NCBI RefSeq assembly: GCF_036321535.1
Contig: NC_087444.1
Coordinates: 73,780,001-73,844,000 of the forward strand
Length of the DNA stretch: 64,000 nucleotides
Direction of reading: 5' to 3'
Source of the DNA: Camelus dromedarius
Lineage: Eukaryota
Positions within the stretch are counted from its first letter, which is position 1. Every line of letters starts with the position of its first letter. The notes beneath the pieces were generated by a model. The model saw only the letters and a list, made by a program, of their open reading frames with translations, was not told the origin of the DNA and did not search any database. Shown piece by piece: positions 46,401 through 57,800 of the stretch. The position numbers were made by a program, and so were the translations under genes.

Positions 46401-49400
46401 CGATTCCTCTTTCTGCTCTTCCAGGTCTTCGCCCTAGCCCACGTGCCAAATTCAAGTTGAGGGACAGCCGAGACCTGCCCTTCACCCAACTTGCCAACTA
46501 GTGATTGGCCATCCCAGCTCAAGAGTTACACCCTCTCTCAGACAAGTTTTCTACCTATTGGTCAAATATCTCGGCCACCTGCTGATTGGCCACTACGTTC
46601 AAGGGGCCCACCCAGCCAAGTTCTCATCATGTTTACTGGCCAGTACCTTTAGCCTCCCTCTGCAACCACACCCACTCCACCTACCTATTGGAGAATCCCG
46701 TTGAAAGTACTGCCCATTCCGCTAATGCCAGTGTTCATTGGGCTAGATAACTCATAATACCGCCCAGATCTACTCAACTGAAACTATCGCACCTTCGTCC
46801 ATACGAAGGTGAGTGCCAACTGGCCCTTTCTATCACTGTTTCACCCTCTCCAAAGCTCACTGCCTTTCAGTGGGCTGGGTTTTAATGTCTATGCTCACAT
46901 CAATTCAGATCCTCTAGATTGACTTACTAAATGGTGCATCACAGAGCCTCTGCTAGCTCAAACATAACAGGTTCCACCCACCAGTAAAAAAGGACCTTGA
47001 CTGGACTTCAGAATTTTAGCCATCCCTCACCCCGCCAGAGTCCGAGACTAGCCGTCCTCCACCTATATTCTTACTGGCTGTGCCACCTCCCACCTTGTTG
47101 GAGGCCAAGTCTCCATGGCCCCCATCACCATCCATTCCAGGGTTTGGTCTCGGACTAGGCACCTCGTATTCATCTCCAACATCCTGGGATTCACTCTCAT
47201 CCTCAGCACTGCCCCCTAAGAGGTGGAAGAAGCCCTAAGAAGACTGAGCTCAGGACACCTGGGTCCCAGGAGTTTGGGACAAGGTCACCAATACTAGTTG
47301 GAAAAGGCCAGAACTCCTGGGTTTCTGACCCTTATTTATTTCTCATCAGCCTCACTTGCCAGATGCTCCTCCCTCTCCTTGTGCTCAGGGGTCTATACAA
47401 GCTGAAAAGTCTCTGTTCTGGATCTAAGGACAAGGAGAGGTTAGAATCCTCCCTTTCCCTTGTCCTAGAGAGAGCATTGGAGAGACTGGGGAACTAAAAT
47501 GGGATGGTGAGCAGAGTTTGGGGTGATAACCCAGAGTCCTGTTATTGAAATCATTGGTCATGTCATGAGAATAAAAGGAAATGTCACTACAATGGAATAT
47601 TATTATGAAATAAAAAGGAATGAAGTACTGATAGTGCTACAACATAGATGAACCTTGAAAACATGCTAGGCAAAAGAAACCAATCACAAAAGGTCATATA
47701 CTGTATTAACCTATGCATGAAATGTCCAGAATAGGCAAATCAAAAGAGACTGAAATTAGATTACTGGTTACTTAGGTCTGGGAGAAATGGGGAGGCAGGT
47801 ACTGATAAAAGGTTCAGGGTTTTCTTTGGGGGGTGATGATAATGTTCTAAAATTCATTGTGATGGCTGCACACCTTGGTAAATACACTAAAAACCACAGA
47901 ATTGTTAACTTTAAATGAGTGCATTGTATAGTATGTGAAATATATCTCAGCAAAGCTATTACAAAAGTGAGGAGGGGAGGATTTGCCACGTGGACCAGAG
48001 GGCCAGATTTCACCCGAGGTCCCCAAAATTACCAGGTCGTTGGCGGGCTGGCCAACCCCTGCGTCGAGTCCCCGGAGGCTCTTCATAAGGAGGTGAAGAG
48101 GTGAGAACATCCTCCACAGAGACTTCCTCCAACTCCGGATTGGAACTGTCTGGTAGTCAGGATAGGGAGGGGGACTAGAGATTGGGATTTCTGAGGACTG
48201 GGGAGGGAAAAAGCTGGAGATTCAGATTCTTGGGTGTTGGAGAAGGAGAAAGTTTAGGACCTGGACTCTGTGGTGGGAGGGATAACGGGGTTCGCGGGGA
48301 TCCTTTGGAGAACAAAGATTGAGGTCCAGACTCCTGGGTACTAGTGGGAGTGGAATTCTAGGGTATAGGCTGCCCAAGGATTTGAGATTACCTGCCTCTG
48401 TCAGCGATACCAGTGGGCCACACTCGCCACTGCCATCTCCACAGCAGCTCACAGTGCCCAGGACACTGTGGATAACAGGGCGCAGATGTGCCTCTGGCAC
48501 GTTCTCCTGAAGAAAAGGGTTCCTGGGGCCTGGGAGAAGGTGCCCATTATCAGGATGTACAAATTCTGGTCCTCTGAGAAGATCCGTCTCCTCACTGGGC
48601 TCCCAGACATTGCCCCTGATTGACGACCCAAATCCCCGAGACCCACTGAGAACCCAAATTCCATCCTAAGGTTCAAACAAGCACAAGCCTACCGCTAAAC
48701 AGTCGGCGGTTCCGTGTGCAAATAGCCCCACGCCGCGCTCTCAGTCTCTCCAGTACCTCGGCTCTAAATCACCCAGGCCCAGCCCCCAGCACTTCACCAA
48801 CTTCAGCCGTCAGGGACTTCCAAACTGCATCCGGGCTTTCCCAGGCCACGCCCCCAGTCCTACCAGGCCCGCCCCAGGACTCCTTAGACCTCCCCCACCA
48901 ACCCCGCCCTCTCTGGGCGATCCCCGGCTCTCCCAGGCTCCGCCCCAGAGCTCTAACAAAGCTAATTACAGGATTCTTTCGGGCCCCACCTCTAGTTGCA
49001 CCATAACCTGCACCTGCGCTCTTCAAGGCCCTGCCCCAAAGTCTCACAGGTCCTGTCCCTGGGCCCCAACAAGCTCTGCACTCAGGCTCTCCTGAGCCCC
49101 GCCCAAGGGTTGTCAAGCCCCGCCCCCGTGCTCTACCAAGTCCCCGCCCCAGGGCTCCGCCAGGCCCCGCCCATTCAAGTCCTTTAGACCCCGCCCCCAC
49201 ACTCCCACAGACCCTGCCCCCTCCACAGGCCTATGCTCCTTCTGGACTATTCCTCACCCCTGTCTCCCGAGAGGCGTTTCTCCCGCCACCATGGTCGCCG
49301 GGGCCGCAGGAAAGCATCCAGATTGGCCCGAACCATGAGGGCCTCTTGGCGCTTCCGTCGCTGCTTCTTCTCAAACAGCCGCCGCTGTGGGAGCGGCAAA

Positions 49401-50319
49401 AGGGTGTGTGGCGGCCAGGAACCCGACAGGAAGACAGGGATGGGTGAAAGGGGGCCTGGGCCAAGGGGAGGCCTGCATCGGTGGGAGAGTTCCAAGAGTC
49501 GAGGCCTTCAATCCCTCAGCAACTCCTTCCTTAGATCCAGGAGTCCTGGCACCCTGTCCCCTCCTCCCCCAGGACCTAGGAGTCGTGCTCTCCAGAATCC
49601 TTGTTCCTTAGAAATTTTGGAGTCTCAGCACCAAGGGTTGCTTATTAAGATCCTGAATTCCTATTTTCTCATTTCCCAGTTGCAAAACGTGAGGCTCTGG
49701 AGAGCAAATGAGGGCCAGGAGTTCAGAACAAGACCTGGGGATGGGACTTTCGGGGAGGTATGGAAGATGGAAGAGGGGGTGGGGTTGGCAGGATTCCTGG
49801 GCATAGTACCTGCTGTTCCAGCTTCTGTAGCCTCATGGTGGCAAGCTCATCCCCCAGGGCCCTGAGAGAGGTGCAGGCTCATAGTGACAGCAAGCAGGTC
49901 ACCCTAGTTGCCCAAGAGCCCCTCCCTCTCCTCATTCCCTCTGCTCAACTTAGGGTTCTGAGCACTTGTGAGGTCACAGAAGGGGCAGAACTTGAGCCTG
50001 CTCCACCAGTTCTGAAGCTTTTTCTCCCAGCACTTTGTCTGTCTAGAATCCAGAAGTCAGAGATCCCAAGGCCCCTCCTGTCTCAGGACTCAAAGCCCCC
50101 AGCCTCTCCTCTTTCAGACCCAAGGGTCTCCATCTACAGCTCCTTCTCTTTAGGTAGGACCCAGAAGTCCAGGCCCCCAGCCCCTTCCTGCAAGGACCAG
50201 AGCTGAATGGGTGTGGGCATAATGAAACTTTGAGAATTCCCCCCTGCACCTGATTTCCACTCCTGCCCACCTTATTTCCCCACTCACTCTTTCTTCCATA
50301 TGTCATTCTCCTGAGACAT
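43487..50319 (-). CDS. TULP2: Tubby-like protein 2. All 12 coding exons present, but the human-equivalent exon 6 (48033-48197) has two in-frame stops; intact 510 aa if the AG at 48150-48151 is used
   Basis: Exons 50288-50319, 49810-49861, 49258-49384, 48392-48529, 48033-48197 (or 48033-48149), 47094-47215, 46122-46433, 45117-45229, 44477-44591, 44293-44391, 43892-44063, 43487-43620. Tubby domain ([42 protein letters not shown]). Gene identity is secure; functional status is not. Confidence 0.9.
47570..47965 (+). mobile_element. L1M 3' end
   Basis: ACAATGGAATATTATT...ACATAGATGAACCTTGAAAACATGCTAG...TGTGAAATATATCTC. Confidence 0.75.
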
Positions 50320-50704
50320 TCTAGAGAAGCAAAAAGAGGAGTCAAGACCCAGACCCAACATCCCAATGGACTCTGCCCTCCAACACCTGATCTTAAACTT
50401 TAAGATTTTCTCCTGGACCTATACAGCCCAAATTCCAGTACCTACACTTGTTACGGACCCAGCAGTCTGTTTCTAGCTTTTATCACTATGAGGAGTTCTC
50501 TTCTCCCCAAATACCTAACTCTCCTAAACCCAGGCATGGGAACACAGGACTTTTGACCCCAAACACCCCACCTCCAGAGACCTGAGACCCCAAGCACCCA
50601 CCTGCCTGGGATCCTGGAGACTCCCTCTCCTCCTTTGGTGCCTGGAGAGGCTTTTCACATTCACACCTCAGTGTCTTGCCTCTCTGGCCAATTTCTAAAC
50701 ATAC

Positions 50705-51412
50705 CTGACCCTCTCTTTGGGAGCTGGGGACCTAATTTCTGAGTTTCTGGGAAATAAGCAGGGGAAAATAAGAATGCTCAAAGGGAGGGGGGATTCCCCC
50801 TGGGACCTGCCTCCTGGCCTCCCATGCTCCACTTCCAACAAAGCAATGACCCCTGGCCTCTGCTGCAGCCAGGTAACCCTGCTCCAGGGGTTCTGAATTG
50901 GAAGAGGATGTGGGTGTTCCTTAAAGGGACCTAAGAGAGGCTGCATCTCAGGCTCTGTCTCATATGAGAGACTTAAAAGGTGACCTGTGCCCACTGCTAC
51001 CGATCTGTAATTCACAGTCACCTCTTGGGGAGAAAATAAATGGGAAAACTACAACTCCCATGAGGCGAAGGGGCCAATATGCCCGCGGAAGTTGACTCAT
51101 TTTCCCCCGTTCCGGAGGGAGTTGTAGTTCTCTTTGAAAGCCCCTTTTCTCCTTTCGCCTAAAAAGCAGGAAATGTGGCGTCACAAGATAGAGCTTCCAA
51201 GAAAGTAAGCCAGGCTTTCGAGAAAAGGCCAGCGACTTCGATGAGGGGCGGGGCCGCTAGGCAGAGGCCGGAGGGACTTGGAGCCAGCGTAGACCAATCT
51301 GGCTGCCGAAGGCGGGTCCTCTGCTGGAAGGTGGGCGTGGCTTAGGGGGGAAATCACCGAGAACGCAGCGGAGGTCCTAGCTCAGGAAAACGCCCTCTGC
51401 GGTGAAGGAGAG
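50705..51412. promoter_or_regulatory. Bidirectional TULP2/NUCB1 promoter
   Basis: TULP2 non-coding exon 1 donor at 50705 (-), NUCB1 non-coding exon 1 donor at 51412 (+). Between them: CpG-rich DNA, ZNF143-type pair 51048-51128, CCAAT boxes (about 51074, 51294), GC box and ETS-like CGGAAGT. Confidence 0.75.
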
Positions 51413-51807
51413 GTGAGGGGCTGGGGGGACCCAGATTCTTGGGTTCCGGGAAGAAGGGAGACAGGGGACCAGAGGCTGGAAAACTGAGTCTCGGAGGAAG
51501 ACACCAGTACCTCTAGATCCTGAGAAAAAAGGAGGCTGGTGCCCTGGACCTTTGGGTCAGGGGAAAGAGAGGGTCGAAATCCCGGATTCCTGAGTCTAAG
51601 CGAAGCGGGTGCTGGAAACCAGGATTCCTGGGTCTGAGTTAGGGAAGGTCAGAGGCACTGTATCCTGGGTCCCGGGAAACGAAACGCTTTGAGTCATGAC
51701 TCTTGGAACAGGGCAGGGTGGGGAGGGTCCAGACTCCAGAGTCCAGGGGAGGAGGAGGCTTGGGACAGACGTATTCCACTTCTCTGCCTCCCACAGACCA
51801 CCCCGCC

Positions 51808-54800
51808 ATGCCTCCCTCTGGGCCCTGGGCCGCCCTCCTCATCCTGCCACCTCTGCTGTTGCTGCGCGTTATTCTGGCCGTGCCTCTGGAGCGGGGGGCT
51901 ACCCAGAAGGAGAATCCCGCGACCGAGAGCCCCGTGAGTGGCCCTGCCCTGCTCGCCAGCCAGGTGTTTGCAGTGGTACTACAATTCCTGCGTCCTCGGT
52001 GGCCCCTGGGTGGCTACTCCAACCCACGGATGCGGCTTGTAGTTTGCCTGCCATTCTTTGCTATCCCAGGGCTTTGAGGTGGTGAAAAACTTGGGGTGTG
52101 GGGGAGGGGGTCAGATTTCTAAGCCCCTGACTTTGAGGTATGGGAAACCAGGTCAGATTTTAGATTAAAAAAAAATCTGCATCACATCCCCATCTAAACC
52201 TCTCTGCTCTTTTACGACGCCCTCCTCTTAAGAAGGCATCTGGAAAAAAAGAACTACATTTCCCAGTAGCACCTTGAGCAGGTGGTGTTAGCTAACTGGG
52301 GTGTCCTCGCATCATGGCGCTCATGGGAGTTGTAGTTTAAATTATGACTGGGGCGTGTAAACTGCTTATTACAACGAGCGTTTATGGAACCCTATGAAAC
52401 CTTTAGTTTTAGGGAATTTGGAACTTTAAAGATCCTCAAGGCCAATACCCTGATTTGTGGCCGGAATCCTGCAGCTCCCAGTAGGGATGAGCACTTCACT
52501 ATCTGTGGAACAGATCTTTCCACGTGTGGTAGGTCCCCACCTAGCAAGTTAAGTCTCTGTTCCATGAAATCTTTGCAGTCACAGAAGGGCTGCTTGAGTC
52601 CCCTTTCCTTTCATTCTTTTGACACATTTCTTGAGCATCTACGAGCCAGGCACAGTGCTGGAACAAGCCCCATGCCTGATTCACTGGGAAGACAAACAGC
52701 AAGGCTCTCTGAGAACAGACATCAGGTGACATGGTCAGGGAGGAAGGAAGGGTCACTTAAGCTGAGATCCAAAGTGTGGGAAGGAATGTTCCAGACGGAA
52801 GGAACAGCCCGGCAAAGGCTGTCTGGTAGGAGAAAGCAGAGTGGTAGAGGGACTTGGAGGATGCCAGTGAGGCAAGTGATGGGGAGCTGAGGTCAGAGAG
52901 GGGACAGGGCAGATCACACTGGGCCTTGTGGGCCATGGTGGAGAATTTCTTTATTCTGGGGCTAATGGAAACCACACAGGGTTATAAACATCAATCATAG
53001 CAATCATGACAACATTGACAGCTCCCACTAAGTAGCGAGTTAAATATTTAAAGATATTAACTCCTCTGATCCTCACAACAGCCCCTATGAGGTGGGTACT
53101 CATTACCCTTACTTTACAGGTGAGGAAGCTGAGGCACAGAGAGATTAAATAACTTGCCCAAGGACTAAGATTGCCAGATTGGGCCAATAAAGACACAGGA
53201 CACCCAGTTAAACTTGAATTTCAGATAAACAAAGAAAAATTATTAGTATAAGTGCACTCCACACAGTATACTTATACTGAAAGTTATTTGTTGTTTTATC
53301 TGAAATTTAAATTTAGCTAGGCATCCCAGCAGTCCTTAACAAGGTCATATAGCCAGTAACTGGCAGATTTAGGATTTCAGCCATTGTGTTTGGAATAATG
53401 GCCCCCCAAAATGTCCATGCCCTCATCCCCAGAACCTGTGAGTATATCACCTTACGTGGCAAAGCAGTGTTTGCAGGTGTGATTGAGTTAAGATCTTCAG
53501 GTGGAGAAATTAGCCTGTATTATCCAGGTGGGCCCAGGGTAACCACAAGGGTTCCCTATAAGAGGGAAGCCAGAAGGTTGGCGTCAGAGGCGATGTGATG
53601 ATGTAAGCAGAGGTCAGAGTGATGCAGGGCATGACCCAGGGAAGGCAGGCAGCCTCTAGAAGCCAGAAAGGTGAGGAAACAGATTCTCCCCTAGAGTCTC
53701 CCGAATAACCTCAGCCCGGCTGACACATTTTGGACTTCTGACCTCCTAAGAGAATAAATTTTTGTTGCTCTAAGCCACTTAGCTTGTGGTACTCTGTTAC
53801 AGCAGCAGTGGGAAGTTGGTATACCCACAGCGGCATGGCTGGTGATCTGTTATCATTTGTTACCTATGATGTGTTCCACAACATATCTAATGATAGCACT
53901 AGCAGATGGGGACTATCTTCCACAGCCTTATCATAGTGCCAGGCTTTTTATCTCATTTAATTTTCACCGCAGCTCTGCGAGGTAGGGAATTTATTGCCTA
54001 TTTTACAAACAGAAGAGGAAAAGGCCAGCCATCTACGCATGGCAGGGCTACGACCAGGAGTCCAGGAATTTCTATCTTGTTCACTTGGCTGTGTACCCTG
54101 GAACCGTGCCTGCTACATGGTAGGAGCTCAGTGAATGCTTTTTGAGTGAATGAACGAATGGATGTATATGTCATTTCTTGGAAACAAGTACCAGTGTGTT
54201 CCCTCTGTGGGCAGCATTGGACTGGGTGTTTACCCATGTGAATTCCATTTCATCTTCAGTACAGACAGACCTGGGAAGAGGTGAGAACTGTGGCCCAGAG
54301 GATCAGGCAGTTAACCGAGGGTTACAGAGCAGCTGGGGTCTGCTGGCTCCAGAGTCTTTGTCCCACAGAGTAGGCCTCCTGCTGAGGGGTGGGGTGGGTG
54401 GTCTCTGGGTCCCTCAGCAGGTGCCCAGGGAAGCAGAACCTGGATCCTACCTGCAGGGGAGACCCAGAAAAGGTTGGGGCTACTATATTCATCCTTGTCG
54501 CCTCAGGATACAGGCCTGTACTATCACCGGTACCTCCAAGAGGTCATCAACGTGCTGGAGACCGACGGGCACTTCCGGGAAAAGCTGCAGGCTGCCAACG
54601 CCGAGGACATCAAGGTGCGGCTGTGTGCCAGCGCTATGGGAGAGGATGCGCATTCAGAGGGCAGAGCTCAGGAAAGGACTGAGTTCCCTAAAGGGAAATC
54701 TTCCAGCTATTACAAAACTGAGCCTTGGAGGGGGGATTCGCTTCTCTGGGTCACACAGCTGGGAAGGGATCTGGGAAAGACCAGATGTGTGGTTCAGTGT

Positions 54801-57800
54801 GGCTACACATGACACAGGTTCCCAGTCTCAGTTCTACCATTTACCAGCTGGGTGACCGCCCCTCACTGTGCCTCAGTTTCCCCATCTGTGAAATAGGGTA
54901 ATAATAGAACCTGCCTCACAGGACTCTCCGAGGTAAGATGTGTAAAAGGCTTCGAGGTGCACAGTGGTCATCCTCAGTAAGCACAGAGTGAGGGCTGGGT
55001 CCGGGGGTACTGGGCACTCTCTACCCAGGAAGAATTCAAAATAGGGGAGATGCTGTCATCACTCATGTCACCCCTAACTCTCACATTAGGCCCCCAAAGG
55101 AGCCATGATTCTCCCCATTTTACAGAGGCAGATGCTGATAGCAGTATCTGTCCTTCTTGTAGGCCCCTTGAGCTGGCTGCACCCGGAGATCATACCCCCG
55201 CCATTCCCCGGGGCAGCATCCCTTAGAAAGGATGGTGTCACCCTCTGTGAGGAGAGAGGGCTGTCTGCCCCCACTCCTCCATCCCACCCTGAACCCCCTC
55301 CCCATTTGGGTGCAGGTTGGAATGTCCCACCTAGGGAATCCACCCTGAGTTCTCCAAACACTTCGGCCCAGGGAAGTCCCCAAGACTTGGGACTGATGGG
55401 GAGGCAGCCCTGCTCCCCCCAAGACCTCCCAGCCTTCCTGGGACTCTTGTCTGTCCCCATCTGCCTGGCCCCGGGCAGTGGACGGCAGACCTAGAGACTG
55501 CTGAGCCCAGACTGTCCCACTGCCCAGCCAGGGAAACAGAGATCCTAGAGGCCATCTGGCTTGCCCAAGGTCATACAGCTGGGAAGTGACATCAGAAACA
55601 GAGTGGCCATATAGACAGGCAGGTTCTGCAGTGGGATGGTGCCGCATTCCAGTCTCATCTCCACCTCATGCTCTCCTGGGCAAGTGGCCACACCCCTCTG
55701 TGCCTTGGTTTCCTTCTCAAGAAACCAGGAGGCTCGTGTAGCAATTTCTCTGTTGAGAGGGGTGAGGGGGGGATTGTGCAAATCAGCGATAATCCCCACT
55801 TCAAGGGCTTGGCAGAGAAGAGATGTGCTGGGGTCACGCAGTGCAGTGGTGCCAGGGCTGGGATTTGAACCAAAAACTCCCACTCTGGGGAGCCATGACA
55901 CTGCCTTGGTCACCAGGCTGGAAACTGGCTGCCCATCCTCACTGAGGGACTATGGGCCAGCAGCTTCTCCTCCTGGGCCTCCGTTTGCTCATCTGTAAAA
56001 TGGGGTGGAGGGCAGGATTAGAGGACTGACTCAGTGAGTTCAGCACAGGACTTGGCTCATAGTAGGTGTTTGACTAGTTGAGGTTAATATGACTGTCACT
56101 GGGATCCCTTGTCCTGCTGCCTCTGCAAAGGCCACACCCCTTCACAGGCTGGAGAGACCAGATGTGAGTCAGGAGTAGCTGAGAAAGCCCTCTGAACAAT
56201 AATGGAGGTAGTGGGGGTGCTGGGGAAGCCCCAAGAGGGACCCAGTCTGTCTGACAAGTGAGGAAAAGGATACTCCGAGTGAGGTTTGAAATTCTGAGTG
56301 GGAGTGTCTGGTATAGAAGTTGAAATGTGTATATGTGGGAGGGGGAAAGGATGACATTTCAGACAGTAGGAACCATGTGTGCTGACGAAGCATTCTGGTG
56401 CCTTCAGCTGGTGGCTGGCAGTGCCTTAAAACTGACTTAAAGACAAGGGGGATGGGGCATGGGCAGGGTGGGGGGTGGGCATGGGCAGATGGAAGCTCCT
56501 GCAGGGTCTTGAGTGCTCGGCCCAGGGATTCTGTCCTGCTGATACTGGGGAGCCATGGGGAGCTGTGAGCAGGAAAGGAATGAGGTCAGCTCTGACTGAG
56601 AAACAGACATAAGCCAAAGCAATGATACAGGTCGCTCAGAGAAGGCACTTGACTCAGTTTGTGTGTGTGTATGTGTGTTTGTGTGTAGTGGGGCCAAGGG
56701 GTTTGTCAGAGGATTCTTCCCAAAGGAGATGCCATCTGCTTAGAGTTTTGAAGGACAGTCAGGATGATTTGGTTAGGCCTGAAAAGCATTGGCAAGAGAG
56801 AATCCCAGGCAGAGGGACCAGCATGTGCAAAGGCCGGGAGGTGGGAAAGAGCTATGATCATGGGGCCCCCATGTAAGTATTGCTGGAACCAAGAGTGTGA
56901 TTTGATGAGTGACAGGAGATGAGAAGGGCCTTGACTGCCAGGCTGAGGGGTTGGAATCTTGTCTCAGGGGCTCTGGGGAGCCCCAGGGTGGGGCATGAGA
57001 AAACTTGTAGAAGGTTCCAGAGAGGGCAGCCTGACCAGTGTCCCTCCTTCTCCGGGCAGAGCGGGAAGCTGAGCCGGGAGCTGGACTTTGTCAGCCACCA
57101 CGTCCGCACCAAGCTGGACGAGCTCAAGCGGCAGGAGGTGTCGAGGCTGCGGATGCTGCTTAAGGCCAAGATGGATGCGGAGCAGGAGCCCAGTAAGCAG
57201 AGGCCGGTGGGTGGGCGTGGCCAGCGGGTGGGCGGGGTGGCCTCATTCTCTCCACCCCCGTAAAATCTGCGTGGAAGACTGATCAAGTTTCCTTCCTAGC
57301 ACAATCTACTATTAACATTAGTCTGTTGTTAGTTGCTCGGTTGGTTTTTTTTGTTTCAGGTTTTTAATTTTTATTTTAACAAATCAGGGTCATTTAAAAT
57401 TTTGATGTAACTTCAAACTTAACAGAAAAGTTGCAAGAATACCACCAAAAACTCCCCAATACCCTGATTCTCCAGTTGTTAACATTTGCACCATTTAACT
57501 GCCCTTGACATTTGTGAGTTCCTTGCAGACACCGTATTCCTTTATGCCTAAGTATTTCGGCGTGATTTTCCTCAGAATGACAATGTTCTACAAAACTATA
57601 GTACAGTGATCAGAGTCAGGAAGTTCAACAGGTTACACTGTATTTTTCCTTGGCTTATTCTCTCTCTCCCTCACTGAAATGATTCTAATTTCCTGGCATT
57701 TATATGTAAAGCTGTAATTTATAGTCTAATTTTTTGGCTAAAAAAGAAAAAGAAAAAAAAAGTGCCTGGAAGAGAGAGGTTTGAGTGGATTCACATTCCA

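Noticed and set aside
47216-47234. Upstream AG for TULP2 exon 7 (cttcttag/GGC)
   Set aside because: Phase 0, incompatible with the phase 1 end of exon 6; the AG at 47216-47217 fits.
49233-49865. 210-aa + strand ORF
   Set aside because: Antisense shadow of TULP2 exons 3-4 plus minisatellite sequence.
54178-54855. 225-aa + strand ORF across NUCB1 exon 3
   Set aside because: Out of frame with the true exon and spans intron sequence.
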